From: an uncultured Candidatus Saccharibacteria bacterium | GTDB taxonomy: Bacteria; Patescibacteriota; Saccharimonadia; Saccharimonadales; AWTP1-31 | Length of the DNA stretch: 64,000 nucleotides | Direction of reading: 5' to 3' | NCBI GenBank assembly: GCA_964530555.1 | Contig: CAZHBD010000001.1 | Coordinates: 1,835-65,834, forward strand | In this document: one piece after another, positions 63,823-64,000 of the stretch | Numbering within the stretch: position 1 is the first letter of the stretch | Layout of the letters: every line of letters starts with the position of its first letter | Translations under genes and position numbers: made by a program | The notes under the pieces: model-generated | What the model was told of the DNA's origin: nothing | The model's input: only the letters and a program-made list of their open reading frames with translations | Database searches by the model: none

Positions 63823-64000
63823 ATGCAGAATGAACCAAGTCGGGCAACCGCATCGGACGAGTCTGATGCGCGCGTTAAAGAAGTCATGGGGCCTTCGATA
63901 GCAGAGTCGAAGCCAGTCAGCGTGCCTAACGAGTCTGCCGTAGATTTGCCGGAAACAGGTGCTGTTATCCAACCGAAACAAAGTAAGTCTGCGAATGGAT
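63823..64000 (+). CDS. Hypothetical protein, 5' fragment (continues beyond the window)
   Basis: Open frame from ATG 63823 (MQNEPSRATASDESDARVKEV...) to the window edge. Confidence 0.3.
   Translation, partial: MQNEPSRATASDESDARVKEVMGPSIAESKPVSVPNESAVDLPETGAVIQPKQSKSANG

Noticed and set aside
1-64000. Alternative genetic code (UGA recoding, as in some CPR lineages) and mobile elements or prophage.
   Set aside because: TGA terminates conserved genes at their expected C-termini (for example the FkbM stop at 11079-11081, manC at 23905-23907, and the ATGA overlaps), and standard-code ORFs are full length. No integrase, transposase, inverted-repeat termini or phage structural genes were seen.

Overview
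This window covers the chromosomal replication-origin region of a small-genome, Gram-positive-type bacterium. Evidence for the envelope type: LCP ligase, UppP, TagG/H-like ABC exporter, LtaS-like sulfatase-fold protein, and no outer-membrane genes. By inference only, the many unplaceable proteins, a short archaeal-type AspRS and a eukaryote-type phosphomannomutase fit a Patescibacteria/CPR (Saccharibacteria-like) lineage. All homology calls come from reading motifs in the supplied translations; no searches were run.

Layout:
- 1-5.7 kb: recF-dnaN-dnaA on the minus strand, diverging from rpmH-rnpA-yidC-jag on the plus strand. DnaA-box clusters lie on both sides of dnaA.
- 5.7-35.2 kb: a ~30-kb cell-envelope glycan locus. 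It combines an ABC-transporter route (Wzm/Wzt-like plus an FkbM methyltransferase), a phosphoglycosyltransferase/Wzy-like/LCP route, and GtrA/GT2/large-membrane-protein modules. It also holds GDP-mannose supply genes and galE.
- 35.2-36.5 kb: a LexA-DNA-binding-domain-only regulator and uppP.
- 36.5-39.3 kb: a cobalamin-riboswitch-like leader in front of an operon of unknown zinc-ribbon proteins ending in nadD. I consider this the most interesting signal in the window.
- 39.3-64 kb: a CPA2 antiporter, a small-ORF/terminator unit with three unknown genes, DsbA, and an orphan receiver next to a 1452-aa histidine kinase with a very large GLUG/FN3 ectodomain. Then a CNNM-type transporter, aspS, several unknown proteins, an HD-GYP-like gene, a rhodanese, and a tandem-CBM polysaccharide deacetylase.

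I found no rRNA, tRNA, CRISPR array, transposase or integrase. Many genes sit 5-9 nt downstream of a TATAAT-like hexamer, often with an extended TGn, which suggests leaderless mRNAs. This moves several start codons inward from the longest ORF in the track.
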